The position numbers and the translations under genes were made by a program. DNA of 64,000 nt. It comes from an uncultured Candidatus Peribacteria bacterium (lineage in GTDB: Bacteria; Patescibacteriota; Gracilibacteria; Absconditabacterales; Absconditicoccaceae). Shown in pieces: positions 23,563 through 34,744 of this stretch (position 1 is the first letter of the stretch; every line of letters starts with the position of its first letter). The notes beneath the pieces are model-generated. The model did no database searches. It was not told where the DNA came from and saw only the letters and a list, made by a program, of their open reading frames with translations. The stretch spans positions 9,857-73,856 of the forward strand of contig CAZLWR010000001.1 of the NCBI GenBank assembly GCA_964563595.1, in the 5' to 3' direction.

Positions 23563-24210
23563 TTAATTTGAATAATAATCCAGTGGTATGGTATCTAGGG
23601 TATCGCCAATAAAACTTTGGATGGAAATATGTCCACTATAATTTCCTTTCTTGTACCTGACCGTACTCGTGACTTTGAGCAATTTATCGGGGTGAGCCTT
23701 TTTACCTTCTGGGTCTAAGTATACTGGGGTAAAGGTAATAACTCTGGAGAATGGACTACTTTGAGTTCCTACTATAGAAAATGATGAAAAGGTGGAGAGC
23801 ATGGAAAACGTGCCATCGCTGCTATCTCTTTTGTATAGTTTTGTATTAGATAGTGCGGTTGCTGGTTGAAAGCCATAGCCTTCATCAAACTGTGTGACGA
23901 GTATCCGACTTGTGCTTGTACTAGTGTCACTTGGATTGTGAAAGTAAAGTCAACAAGCACCATCATAACTATTCGCATCCAATTCTAAGCAGTTCCATAA
24001 CCATCACTTTTTTACATTGGTATCGCGACGATTGTAGACAATTTCTATTCATTCTTTGGCCAGCATGGTCGCGGTTGTTTTGAGTTTGGTTCTCTCTGAT
24101 AGTCCTATATTAGCAATAATCAGATACGATATGGACAAAATTCCTACAGAAAAAACTGCAATGCTTATAAGGATTTCGATAAGAGTGATTGCTGCTATTT
24201 TCTTTTGCAT
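23563..24210 (-). CDS. prepilin-type N-terminal cleavage/methylation domain protein (type IV pilin / pseudopilin)
   Basis: MQKKIAA-ITLIEILISIAVFSVGIL carries the class III signal with Glu at +5. 216 codons, with the frame verified. Confidence 0.75.
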
Positions 24211-24230
24211 GTGGCTATACTAATTTACTA

Positions 24231-25241
24231 CTAATTAGTTACAAGTTGTGATCCGAAAAATCCATAAATACTGGTCCAAAAACTTTCTGAAGGGATCAAT
24301 CCTGTCTTGAGTTTATGATCCATAGCAACCAATTGATGGTAGAGATCATAAAAATATTCTTTTTTTTCTAGTAATTGATTTTTTTTTGGAAGATAGCGGG
24401 ATACCGTAAAGGGTGGTAATTTACTATATTTTGCCAATTCTGCCGGGTTCTCTATGCGATGTTCTCGAGCATTTATGAGATTGATAATCCCTCAAATACT
24501 TCGGTACAGTAGTCATAAGAACTGGAACTCGTTGTTATCTGCGTGGGCAAAGTTGATGAGTTTTTGAGTACTCTTTTTGTTTTTATCCAAAATAATGCCA
24601 TCAAGAAAACTTCGCACATCGTAAGTAGCCGAAGAGGAAACAATCTGTGTTATGAGGTCAGTCGTAAGTCTGGTGTTGGGCCTTGCTTGTAGATAAGATT
24701 GTATTTTATTGGTCTCATTATCTACTAAGTACATATTTCCATTGCACAATAGCAGTATAAGATCTTGATGTTCACCGCTGAGCTCATTGTTTGGGAATTT
24801 TGATTGTATAAACTGCGTTATGGACTTTTTATCCGCTTTGTATTCGTTTAGTTTAATTTGCGGATCACTGTTTTCTAAAAAATATTTAGTCCACTTTGTT
24901 TTTTTGTCTGGATTTGAGGTATGGAATATAATCAGATTATCTTCGCTTATTGATCATTTGTTTGCCAGGAAGTAGTCATATAATTGATTGATTTGTTCCT
25001 TAGTTGATTCATTGTATTTACTTGTTGTATCTTGGGGGAGTCCGTGTACGATAACGAGTTTTTTTGTAGTAAAAAGCCCTCATCATCGGATTCCGCTAAT
25101 GGTGTCACTAACGTTAAAGTCTTTTGTAGAAAAATGAAAAATGTTTTCTTTGCCATGTTTAAGGGCAAATTCTTTCGTTCGTGTCTTGAGTTTGAGTTCA
25201 GTGAAAAATGGATCTCAATAAAACAGATATATATTTGACAT
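24231..25241 (-). CDS. holA: DNA polymerase III delta subunit
   Basis: The N-terminus is IYLFY-G-DPFF.. followed by ..LFTTKKLVIVHG. The length (336 aa) and layout fit HolA. The frame was checked across all gaps. Confidence 0.7.
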
Positions 25242-25389
25242 ACAATGCACTCTGAGTGCTAAAAATCAATACAAGATATTAATTTGATTCTGATTGTTTG
25301 CAAGCCGAAAGCTTAAACTTTTTAGTTCTTAAGTGTTCCTTGATAGAAAATGAAAAGTAGTTCTGATAGAGTCGAATCATATTGAGAGA

Positions 25390-26004
25390 CTATTTTTTGA
25401 AATGTAGATCATCAAGTTTTTGTTGATTCTTACCATTTCCTTTGCTACTATTTTTTGCTTGGCTTTTGAGCTGATCGAGTTTCTCTCCTATGAACTTAAT
25501 TTTTTGTTCTACGTCAAATTTTTCTTCGGCAGCTAATGCTCATTGGAGTGCGTATTTTGTGACTGTTTTTTTGAATAGTGCGAACTTGCTTGAAAGTTGT
25601 CTATAATATTCGATTCGTTTATCTTCTGCGTATTCCTTAGCATTGTCTTCGAATTCGACCAACTCCGCTTCAATACTTACTATCTTTTCTTGCAACATAG
25701 CAACGATGCTATTTCGTTGAGTTTTTGCTTTTGAGATCATTTTTTTTGTATCTAGCTGTTTGATCTGCTTTCTTGCTTCTCCTGTAGTTTGTTTTACGTT
25801 TTTTACTACGCTATCAAGATTAGTTTCGTCTATCAATTCTTTGTTTGTAGATACGAGATATTCTCAGGCTATCTTTAATTTATCGAGTCCTTTCGCAGCA
25901 TCTACTTTGGATTTGAATCCTTTATCTTTTTTATATCCGGAAATAAGCTGACCTGTAGCGACACCGAGAATAGATCGCTTAAGTGCATTGAATAATCGTC
26001 CCAT
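25390..26004 (-). CDS. coiled-coil hypothetical protein
   Basis: 204 aa, charged and helical throughout. The N-terminus reads MG-W-LFNALK-W-SILG when CGA=Trp. The family is not recognised. Confidence 0.55.
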
Positions 26005-26033
26005 GAGATAAGGTATTAGGAGATAAAAATATT

Positions 26034-27350
26034 CTAGTATGATAGAGGATATTTTTCACACAATTTCAAGACCTTGCTGTGTAGTATCTGCTTATCTAGC
26101 ATATTTGTCAAACTGTTATCGGATGATAAGCAAGAGTTGATAATCGCTGCTAGAGTTATCATATCGTCCTCCCTGAGTCACCTTGTGGTGATTGCTGGAG
26201 TTCAGATTCTGATTCCCGAAGGGTCTAATGCGGGCCTTGGGTCGAAAGGTATGAGTTGTTTGTTTACTGATAACCCTATTTCTTCAAGTGCTTTCTCTGC
26301 AGTTTTCCCAGTATGTCAGGTCTGTGTATCCTCGTATTCCAATGTACTGCTTTGTATTTTTTTTGTGACATCCATTACGATGAGATGGTTATCGGTACCT
26401 CCTGTTGCAAGAGTCCAACCAAGCCTAATAAGCTCCTTTGCCAATGTTTGTGTATTTTTTATAATCTGATGACAATATGCTTCTCGGTTTATTTCAGGAT
26501 CGAGTATTTCTTCAAAAGCAGCAGATTTTGCTACTAGCACATGATCAAATGGTCATCATTGTACCCCGGGGAAAACTCATTTATTAATACCTTTTTCAAT
26601 GCTAGGGTTCGTATCTTTTTTATAATATATCAATGCCCCTCTTGGTCATCTTAATGTTTTGTGAGTTGTTGTAGTTATTATATCGAAACCTGCTTCAAAT
26701 GGAGATTCTATACACTTTCACGCAACGATTCCTGCGATATGTGCTATGTCAGCCATAAGATATGCATGGTGATTATGTTCTTTAACGAGTAGCTCATTAA
26801 CTTGTGTAAACTTTTCTCGTTCAATACTTCTGGGATAACTTGAAAATCCTGCGAGAATGAGTTTTGGTTTGTGCTGGATGGCCAATTCTTTCAGATTATT
26901 ATAGTCTATATATCAGTTTGCATCTACTCCATAGTGAATAAAGTTGAAATACTTACCGCTTGCATTGAGTTTATAGCCATGTGTGAGATGTCATCCTGCA
27001 TCAAGTGACATTGCTAAGATGGTATCTCCAGCTTCAAGTAATCCCGTATATACTGCAAGATTAGCTACCGAACCAGAAAGCGGCTGTACATTTACTCATC
27101 GTGCTTCTGAATCCAGATCAAATATCTTGAGTGCTAGTTGTTGCGTATAGAGTTCTAGTTCATCAACTACTTCATTGCCTCCATAATATCTTTTACCTGG
27201 ATAGCCTTCTGAGTACTTATTGGTAAACACATTGGCATAGGAATGAAGCACATTCGGGGATACGTAATTTTCTGATGCAATAAGTTCTAAAGAATCTTGT
27301 TGCCTTAGCAGTTCTCTTTTTAAGAGTGAGATAAGATAGTCTGAAATCAT
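26034..27350 (-). CDS. glyA: serine hydroxymethyltransferase
   Basis: Motifs seen: [48 protein letters not shown], and SGIRI-G-TPAITTR-G-L (Gly=TGA). Confidence 0.93.
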
Positions 27351-27484
27351 CAGTATGCTTGTTATGAATTAATCGGATATGGCATTAGTATTGATATTCG
27401 GCTCAAAAGCAATATTATAAAAAAAGCCTCCCCTGGGTAACCAAGGTTGGCAAAATAATTTCATTCCCCGTCTCCGTATCGGTC

Positions 27485-27760
27485 TTACTGTATTGCATAT
27501 TCTATGCCCGAGCTGATGAGAATCAACACAATGACGTAGATGATATCGTTTTCATCCACCCATTTAATCAACTCGTCGAGGAAATAGAGGAACGCACCCA
27601 CAAAGATGGCGATGCAGGCAGTGATGATGAGCACGTTTGCGCCCTCACCGGCCTTCAGATATTTGAAGATATCCATCAGCCAGCTAAATACCAAACAACC
27701 TGTAAATACCGTACACCATGGGTTTGTTTTAGCAAATTGTACAAGATTTTGTTTCAGCAT
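27485..27760 (-). CDS. small membrane protein (91 aa), GC-richer than its surroundings
   Basis: The ORF is intact under the standard code with no TGA, several hydrophobic segments, and G/C-ending codons (ctg, gcc, ggc, gtg, ctc). Confidence 0.6.
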   Translation of the reverse strand: MLKQNLVQFAKTNPWCTVFTGCLVFSWLMDIFKYLKAGEGANVLIITACIAIFVGAFLYFLDELIKWVDENDIIYVIVLILISSGIEYAIQ

Positions 27761-27858
27761 GTTAATTCTTTTTGCACTTTGTTTGAACTCGGAAATCGAG
27801 CATATGTTATATAACTAAAATACCGTTTAAGTCAATTATTTTGTCGCTGTGTCACAAG

Positions 27859-29394
27859 ATGAAAAAGAATCAGATTATTCCACATATTCGTATAGAAAAG
27901 ATTTGATATGAGTGAGTATGACTTGCAAGTTTGCCAGATGGAAAAAAGCTAATAGTAAAGTGAGGGGTATTGCCCGGTATGGTTTGTGACCTGAGAGTCG
28001 TGAGGAATCGCAAAGACTATGCCGAATGCCATGTAGTAGATATTGTTTCAGTAGATAAAGAATATGCTACTGGCGAAATTAAATGTCCTCATTACTTGTA
28101 CGCTAAAAATGATATGCCAGTTCACAAGTCTGGTTGTGGTGGCTGTAAGTGGCAAATAGTTGCATATGGACAGCAGCTTACTATCAAACATGATATTGTG
28201 GTGGATAGCTTTCGTCATCTTGGTAAAGCAATTGAAGTGCTACCCGTTCTTGCGAGTCCTGAAATATGGTGATATAGAAATAAGATAGAATACAGTTTTG
28301 GTAAGTTCATTTCATGAAAACTAGAAGATAAGCAGACTCTGAGTGACTGGTCCTTAGGTTTCCATAGGCAGGGCATGTTTGGTAAAATTATTGATATTGA
28401 CCAATGTTTTCTGGTAGATGAAAAAGTGAATAAGATATTCAAATATATCAAAGCACTACTGGAAAAATCTTGACTACCTGTTTATGATCAAATGAGGCAT
28501 GAAGGAGTTCTAAGACATTTGTTGATGAGACAGGCAAAAAGAAATAATCAGATTATGGTAGTTTTATCTGTTAGTGGAGAACTTATATCTCGTGAATGAA
28601 CCAATAATAGCTTAATACGTATGCTGCAAGAAGATAGCTGGTTGAAAGAGCGTATTACTACTTTTGTTTTGATTGTTAATGACAGTTTGGCTGATGTGGT
28701 TGCGACCAGAGATAGTAAGTTTGAGACCTTGTGGGGCGATGGGATTATTAATGAAACGTTGAAGATCAAAGACCAGACATTAAATTTTGATATATCTCCA
28801 TTATCTTTTTTTCAAACGAATAGTACTGGTGCAGAGTTACTCTATAGTACAGCTATCAATATGGTAGGAGATGTTCAATGAACAATATTGGACTTGTATT
28901 GTGGGACGGGCACTATAGGTATTGCCTTTGTAAAAGCTTTACAGGATTCAAAGGGGACTGGTAATGGTGGGGTTTCATTGATTGGAGTAGAAGAGATAGA
29001 ATCTGCTGTAGCGGATGCATATAAAAACGCTGAAGTTAATAGGTTGAAAGTAGACTATCATTTCTTTGCCGGTAAGGTGGAGAAGCTTTTGCAGATGAAA
29101 GACGGTGCTCTAGATATCAAAAGTTGAGATTCTGAACTGGCTATTCCTGCTTCGGATCTAGGTTTGGTTATAGTAGATCCGCCAAGATCTGGTTTGCATG
29201 AAGGGGCTGTGCAAACTCTCATTGAACTCAAAAAACAAACTCCTCATTTGAGAGTATGCTATATTTCTTGTAACCCCGTCACCCTTGCTAGAGACTTAAG
29301 ATTGTTATCTGAGGTGTATACATTTGATACCGTGCAACCGGTTGATATGTTTCCTCATACCTATCATATTGAGAATATTGTAGTGTTGAGATAA
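27859..29394 (+). CDS. 23S rRNA (uracil-5-)-methyltransferase RlmD/RumA family
   Basis: It has a TRAM-like N-terminus, a Cys cluster (CPHY..CGGCKWQ), SAM motif LDLYCGTGTIG, IVDPPRSG, and a catalytic YISCNP. 512 codons in one frame. Confidence 0.85.
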
Positions 29395-29416
29395 AGTAGT
29401 TTAAGTTTTAAGAATG

Positions 29417-29442
29417 ATCCTCGTCGCGTGACCGCAACGAGG
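29417..29442 (+). terminator. GC-rich hairpin downstream of rlmD-like gene
   Basis: TCCTCGTCGCG-TGAC-CGCAACGAGGA forms a stem of about 10 bp with one mismatch, followed by a T-rich tract. Confidence 0.5.
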
Positions 29443-29575
29443 ACCGTGGAACAGTGTTTGTTTTGTTTGTCCCGTAATTCTATTAATTACTTTTCCGTAT
29501 ATGTCAATGTATTGTATCAAGCTATACAACTTCAAAGTTTCTTGATAATATCTGATAAAAAGCTATGTACTGGAT

Positions 29576-30094
29576 ATGATGACTTTGGGAAATCGTAATA
29601 TCTATCATATCCTATCAATTATTAAGCTCATTATAGGCTTGTTAGTTTTGGTGATTGTTTATATCTATATAGATCCTTTTCAAGATCCTGAGACGGGCGT
29701 AATCATAGGTTCGATAGGATTACTCTTTTTGGCTCGAGGTGGAACGTATTTTATATTTTATGCTGCAGGTTTGCAATGGAGTGACCATAAGGTTCAGCTT
29801 ATATCAAGTCATGCTTATAAACTTTCTCTTTTGGTAGCTTTATTTTTTCTTACTAATATTGTATTTTTGGTTGTAGAGTTCTGGACAGTAACTCATAGTC
29901 TGATTATTCTTCTTATTTTCTGAAGTGTTTATCGGCTTATTTTCCACAAGCCTTTACCGGAGCATCATACGAGTATTGATATGGTTATAAGCTGAAAGCA
30001 AAAAGCGAAAAGCAAAAGGCTTGATTCTGATGATTCTCAATGAGATAAAGATAGTCTGAAGGATGAGGATTGAATTGAAACTGAAACTGAATAA
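29576..30094 (+). CDS. hypothetical membrane protein with acidic/basic tail
   Basis: Four hydrophobic segments, then (through 4 TGA) KQKAKSKRLDSDDSQ..DEDGIETETE. Confidence 0.6.
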
Positions 30095-30111
30095 ACTATA
30101 AGAAAATCCAT

Positions 30112-30183
30112 GGTTCCATCGTTCAATGGATAGGACATGCCCCTGCGAAGGGCATAATGCAGGTTCGATTCCCGCTGGGACCA
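30112..30183 (+). tRNA. tRNA-Arg (anticodon GCG)
   Basis: Acceptor GGTTCCA/TGGGACC, D-arm GTTC-AATGGATA-GGAC (A20 present), anticodon stem TGCCC/GGGCA with loop CTGCGAA, 4-nt variable region, and T-loop TTCGATT. The minus-strand ORF 29954..30184 is its shadow. Confidence 0.8.
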
Positions 30184-30233
30184 TTTTGCTACTACATTAA
30201 CATTCCAATATATAGCTTTATTATCGTCTCAGT

Positions 30234-30800
30234 ATGAGAATTCTACTTATTGATAATCACAGTAAACATAGTGAAGCATTGAAATTATTGCTTGCTCAAT
30301 ATGGATGAGTAACTGCTATAGACAAAGATAATCTGAATGCTTTCCCAGCTTTATGATATGATCTGGTCGTTCTTTCTTGAGGCCATGACTGTAGTGTTAT
30401 AGGTCATGAAGCATATTATGAACAAGAGTTACATTTCATTACAACAGCAAAGATTCCTGTTATTGGTATTTGTTTAGGGGCACAACTTATTGCTCATGCT
30501 TTTGCTGCTACACTTAAAAAACTACCAAAAAAATTAGAACTCTCTTTAAAACTTGATTCTTGTAGTGATCATTTCCAATTTTCTAGTAAAGACACTGTGG
30601 TTGCGGAGAGACATTGGTGGTGTGTTACGCAGCTTGGAACAGAATTAGAGTGATTAGCAAAGTCCCCCTATGGTTATGAAATATTTAAACATAAAAAAAG
30701 ACCTATCTATGGATTACAATTTCATCCTGAGATAGATACTTTGCATTTGGGTGGTGATGAGCTATTAGACCTAATAATTAGAAATGGTCTAGATAGATAA
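30234..30800 (+). CDS. class I glutamine amidotransferase-like protein
   Basis: MRILLIDNH.., nucleophile elbow IPVIGICLGAQLIA, and YGLQFHPE. Confidence 0.75.
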
Positions 30801-31134
30801 ACATTCTATGTTCATAAGAACTTCAACTTAAAGTTGGTAGTCTATCGTATGTTCAGATTTTCCCTACGCCCTCCGCTCATAATATTCAATTTTGAGCGCC
30901 ACCTATTGTCCTGTTTCATACTACAACTCCTATTGGCACCTTAGGTCCATTTCGTTCCAATAGATAGACTCCTCAATGGAGATGTTTATTAATATAGTCA
31001 AGTACTCTATCTTTTTCTCCAAGTCACAACGTTGCATCGAGTATAGTTGCTATCTCTAATCAATGTTTTCATGGAGAAAACTCTGTCGCATTGTGTGCGA
31101 CGATCTCAGTGATTTTTATGTTATCTGGATTCAT
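30778..31134 (-). CDS. hypothetical Gly-rich protein (118 aa)
   Basis: A 119-codon minus frame free of TAA/TAG (checked) with about 12 TGA (Gly) codons. Its 3' end overlaps the convergent GATase gene by 23 nt. Confidence 0.5.
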
Positions 31135-31262
31135 GTTTTTATTTACTTCGGTAAATTGATTGTTTTAGTATAAGTATATAGCATATAATGTCAATACTAT
31201 GATTATTATTAATCTATTATTTTGTCGTGGATTTTTCAGAGAATATACTTATTATCAAGCTT

Positions 31263-32270
31263 ATGAATGCATACAGAACCCTAGCTATAGAAACGAGTTG
31301 CGATGATACCTCTTTGGGTATTATTACTTTTGATAACGGAGTATTTTCTTGTGAACTGTTAAAAACCCATAGTCAAATAGCTGATCATCAACAATACGGC
31401 GGCGTGGTACCAGAGTTGGCTTATAGATTACATGAAGAAGAGATATTAAAAATAGTCAGAGAAATTGGATATGATCAGATTTGAACATGTGATTGTATTA
31501 CTGTTACTAAAGAGCCCGGTTTGCCTGGATCACTGGTCGTTGGTAATGCTGTGGCAAGTATGTTGTCTACATTTTTGCATAAGCCTATTCAGAGAGTCAA
31601 CCATATTTATGGACATATATTTTCGTTATTGCTTGATAGAACCATAGAGGAACTTGTTTTTCCTTGGTTGATACTTACTGCGAGTGGTGGCCATAACGAA
31701 CTTTATATTGTTGAACAAGTGGAAGCTAAAAAACAAAACCTAAAGATAACAAAACTTGGATATTCTCTAGATGATGCGGCAGGTGAATCTTTTGATAAGG
31801 TCGCAAGAATGCTTGGGGGAACCTATCCTGGCGGTCCTCGGATCGATCGTATGGCTGAAAAGTCAAAAGGGAACAAGGATTTTCATTTTAAAAGAATTAT
31901 GTTAGATGAAAACAATATGTTAAACTTTTCTTTTTCAGGAATGAAATCACAAGCATATCAATTACTCCAAAAGCGTCCTTTGGAAACGCTCTCCGAACAA
32001 GATAAAGCAGATATATGCTGGGAGTTTCAAGAATGTGTGACGGATATATTGGTCAATAAATTGCAGTGGGCTGCGGTACGTTATAATGCAAAAACGATTT
32101 GATTGGTTGGAGGCGTCAGTGCGAACGATAGATTGTTTGAAAAAGCTCAAATAATTGCTACTAAAATACCTCAAGCACAAATCCTTAGACCAACAAAAAA
32201 AGTCTATAGTACCGACAATGCAGCTATGATAGGAGTTGTAGGTATATTACAATCTTTATGATACTTTTAA
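31263..32270 (+). CDS. tsaD: tRNA N6-adenosine threonylcarbamoyltransferase
   Basis: Motifs seen: LAIETSCDDTS, YGGVVPELA.R.H, VNHI.GH, TASGGHNEL, DDAAGESFDKVARMLG..YPGGP, and LVGGVSAN. I preferred ATG 31263 over the listed GTG 31227. Confidence 0.9.
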
Positions 32271-32831
32271 ATGAACAGAGAACTGATCAGCGAGATAGTG
32301 ACTATGCTAGAGTCATGAAAGTTAATTCTTTATCCTACCGATACGGTATGGTGAATTTGAGGAGATGCGACAAATGAGTCGGTGATACAATCGATTATGA
32401 CATTGAAAGGGAATAGAGAAAATAAACTATGATTTGTGATGCTGATTCATCCTCAGCATATCTGAAATTATGTTGACTGCGATATAGAAGAGATCACCAA
32501 AAAGATAGATGAGATTTGATGACCCGTTACTTTCAGATTTACAGATCCCAAGGGGATCCCCCAGTCAATGTTGTTGCAATCTGAAAATACTGTGGCAATG
32601 AGGATTCCTTTTACTTGCAAGTATTTGATGGATATGCTAGAGGTATTTTGAAAACCTATCATATCTACTTCTGCAAATATCACTAATCATCCGTATCCCT
32701 TAGTTTTTGAAGATATTGTTGAGGAAATAAAAAATGGAGTGCAGTATATTGTTCCGCCAGAATTAGACCAAGGAACAAAAAAACCAAGTACGATTGTATG
32801 ATATGGAGATAATATACTCTTTAGATCCTAA
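32271..32831 (+). CDS. tsaC: L-threonylcarbamoyladenylate synthase (YrdC/TsaC type)
   Basis: LILYPTDTVW-G-I-G-GDATNESVIQSIMTLKGNRENK and STSANITN. It starts on the base after the tsaD stop. Confidence 0.8.
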
Positions 32832-32921
32832 AGTCTGTATATAGCATCTTTATGACACATACACTATGGGCCAATACAACCCATCCCTCAGTATCAAATC
32901 TTTATAATCTGCCTAGCCTTT

Positions 32922-33620
32922 ATGACACCCAAAGATCAGTTTATAATTTATACTCAAAAACTCTTAGGAGAAAAAAAGGTATCAAATACTGCTTTATTAG
33001 TAGAGGCATTTACTCATAAGTCCTTTTCTACGGAATCCAGCAAGCCCTTGGCTCATAATCAAAGACTAGAGTTTCTTGGAGACAGTGTCTTAGGAAACAT
33101 CGTTGCTGCTCAATTGTATCAAGATCATCCTGATTTTGACGAAGCTCAGTTAACCTTGTGGAAAATATCATTGGTCAGAGAGGAAAATCTTTATGAAGTG
33201 GCCAAAGAAATCGGACTTGATAAAGTAATACTGATAGGAAGATGAGAGGAGAAAAAAAACGGAAGAGATAATCCAGCAATATTAGGGGACTGCTTAGAGG
33301 CATTGATTGGGTATATCTATCTAGATATGGGGTTTGAAATAGTAACAAAGTTTGTTCTCGACTATATTTATGTAAAAGCACAAACGATTGCTTTGGTAGG
33401 TTCTAAGAGCTGGAAATCGTTGCTGCAAGAGAAATTGCAAGCACAGTTCAAACAGCTACCAGTGTATATCAATGAAGAGATAGAAAGAGATGATAAACTG
33501 AATTATATTAAGTACAAGAGCACAGTGGTGTTGGGACAGAAAATGTTGTGAGTGGGTTATGGTTTGAGCAAAAAGAAGGCAGAGGAAGATGCAGCAAAAA
33601 ATATTGTGGATAAATTGTAG
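32922..33620 (+). CDS. rnc: ribonuclease III
   Basis: It carries the signature NQRLEFLGDSVLG, ..LGDCLEALIGYIYLD, and a C-terminal dsRBD ending G-YGLSKKKAEEDAAKNIVDKL. Confidence 0.9.
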
Positions 33621-33633
33621 ATGTTATTTGTAT

Positions 33634-34632
33634 ATGAACATTAAGATGAATGTAGAGGCCTTGGCAGATCAGATTATTTCCATTTATAAGACTTGAACTA
33701 TTCCTCTTATTTACTGACAAACAGCAACTGGGAAAACGAGGTTGAGTTTAGAATTAGCAAAAAGATTCCCCATTGAAGTTATATCGGCTGATAGTAGGCA
33801 GATCTATAGGTATATGGATATTGGTACAGATAAAGTGAGCCAAGTTATCAGATCTCAGATTATACACCATCAGATTGATATTGTTGATCCCGATCAAATC
33901 TATACTGCGGGACAACGACAAGTAGATACCTACAAGATTATTGAAGAAGTTTTTAAGCGTTGAAAGATTCCAGTGATTGTAGGAGGTACTGGTCTGTATA
34001 TTGATACCGTGGTATATAATTTCACCATGGGCATAGTAGAACCGAATCCTGTTTTAAGAAAAGAGCTGGAAGAAAAGGAAACAAGAAAACCTGGTATACT
34101 TTGGGATACGCTGCATACCATAGACCCTGTGGAAGCAGCAAAACATCACCCCAGTAGTATAAGATTTATCATCAGGGCACTAGAGATCTACTACCAAACC
34201 TGAGCCCTCAAATCCGATATTATGAAGAGGCAAAAGCCAAATTACCCCCTCTTGATGGTTGGTTTGCGACAAGATGTGAAGATGGGTAATAAGCTGATAG
34301 ATGAAAGATTAGAGCTGATGATTCAAGATGGATTGATTCAGGAGGTTCAAGATTTGTTGGATAAATGATATGATCCAAAATCCAATGCTTTGCAAAGTAT
34401 AGATTATAAACAAACAATAGACTACTTAGAAAAGTTAAAAATTGAACAGCCTTCAGCCTTCAGCCTTTTGCATTCGGCCTATATGGCATCATTACAGATA
34501 GCCAATCATCAATTAGCTAAAAAGCAAAGGACCCGATTTCGTAGATACAGTAGGGATAATGAATATCATAATGGCCGAGATGATCAAAATAATATAAGAT
34601 ATCTGGACTTATATTTACCTGATTATATATAG
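33634..34632 (+). CDS. miaA: tRNA dimethylallyltransferase
   Basis: P-loop G-QTATGKT, ISADSRQIYRYMDIGTDK, VGGTGLY, and LAKKQRT-W-FRRY with Trp=CGA (34534..34536). Confidence 0.9.
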
Positions 34633-34744
34633 TAACTATTTGTCAATCTGGAGATAGTATCTTTGTGTGCGTAAGCCTTGAATTTCACTGGTAGATGTAT
34701 TTAATCACCATCAAATCTCTATTTATTTATTATCGATTATTGGT

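Noticed and set aside
29954-30184. The listed minus-strand ORF (MVPAGIEPAL..) and the similar ORF 16331..16588 were considered.
   Set aside because: Both are translation shadows of tRNA genes on the plus strand (the GIEP/GLEPWT signature of T-arms).
30830-30975. A GC-richer patch bounded by an 8-bp inverted repeat (AGTCTATC .. GATAGACT) was considered as a structured ncRNA such as SRP RNA or 6S.
   Set aside because: I could not find SRP domain IV or other conserved RNA motifs. The segment lies within a 119-codon minus-strand frame free of TAA/TAG, which is improbable by chance in AT-rich DNA, so I called it a CDS with low confidence.
31227-31262. The GTG start listed for the tsaD fragment was considered.
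   Set aside because: The conserved N-terminus (..LAIETSCDDTS) begins a few residues after ATG 31263, and the 12 extra residues have no counterpart in TsaD.
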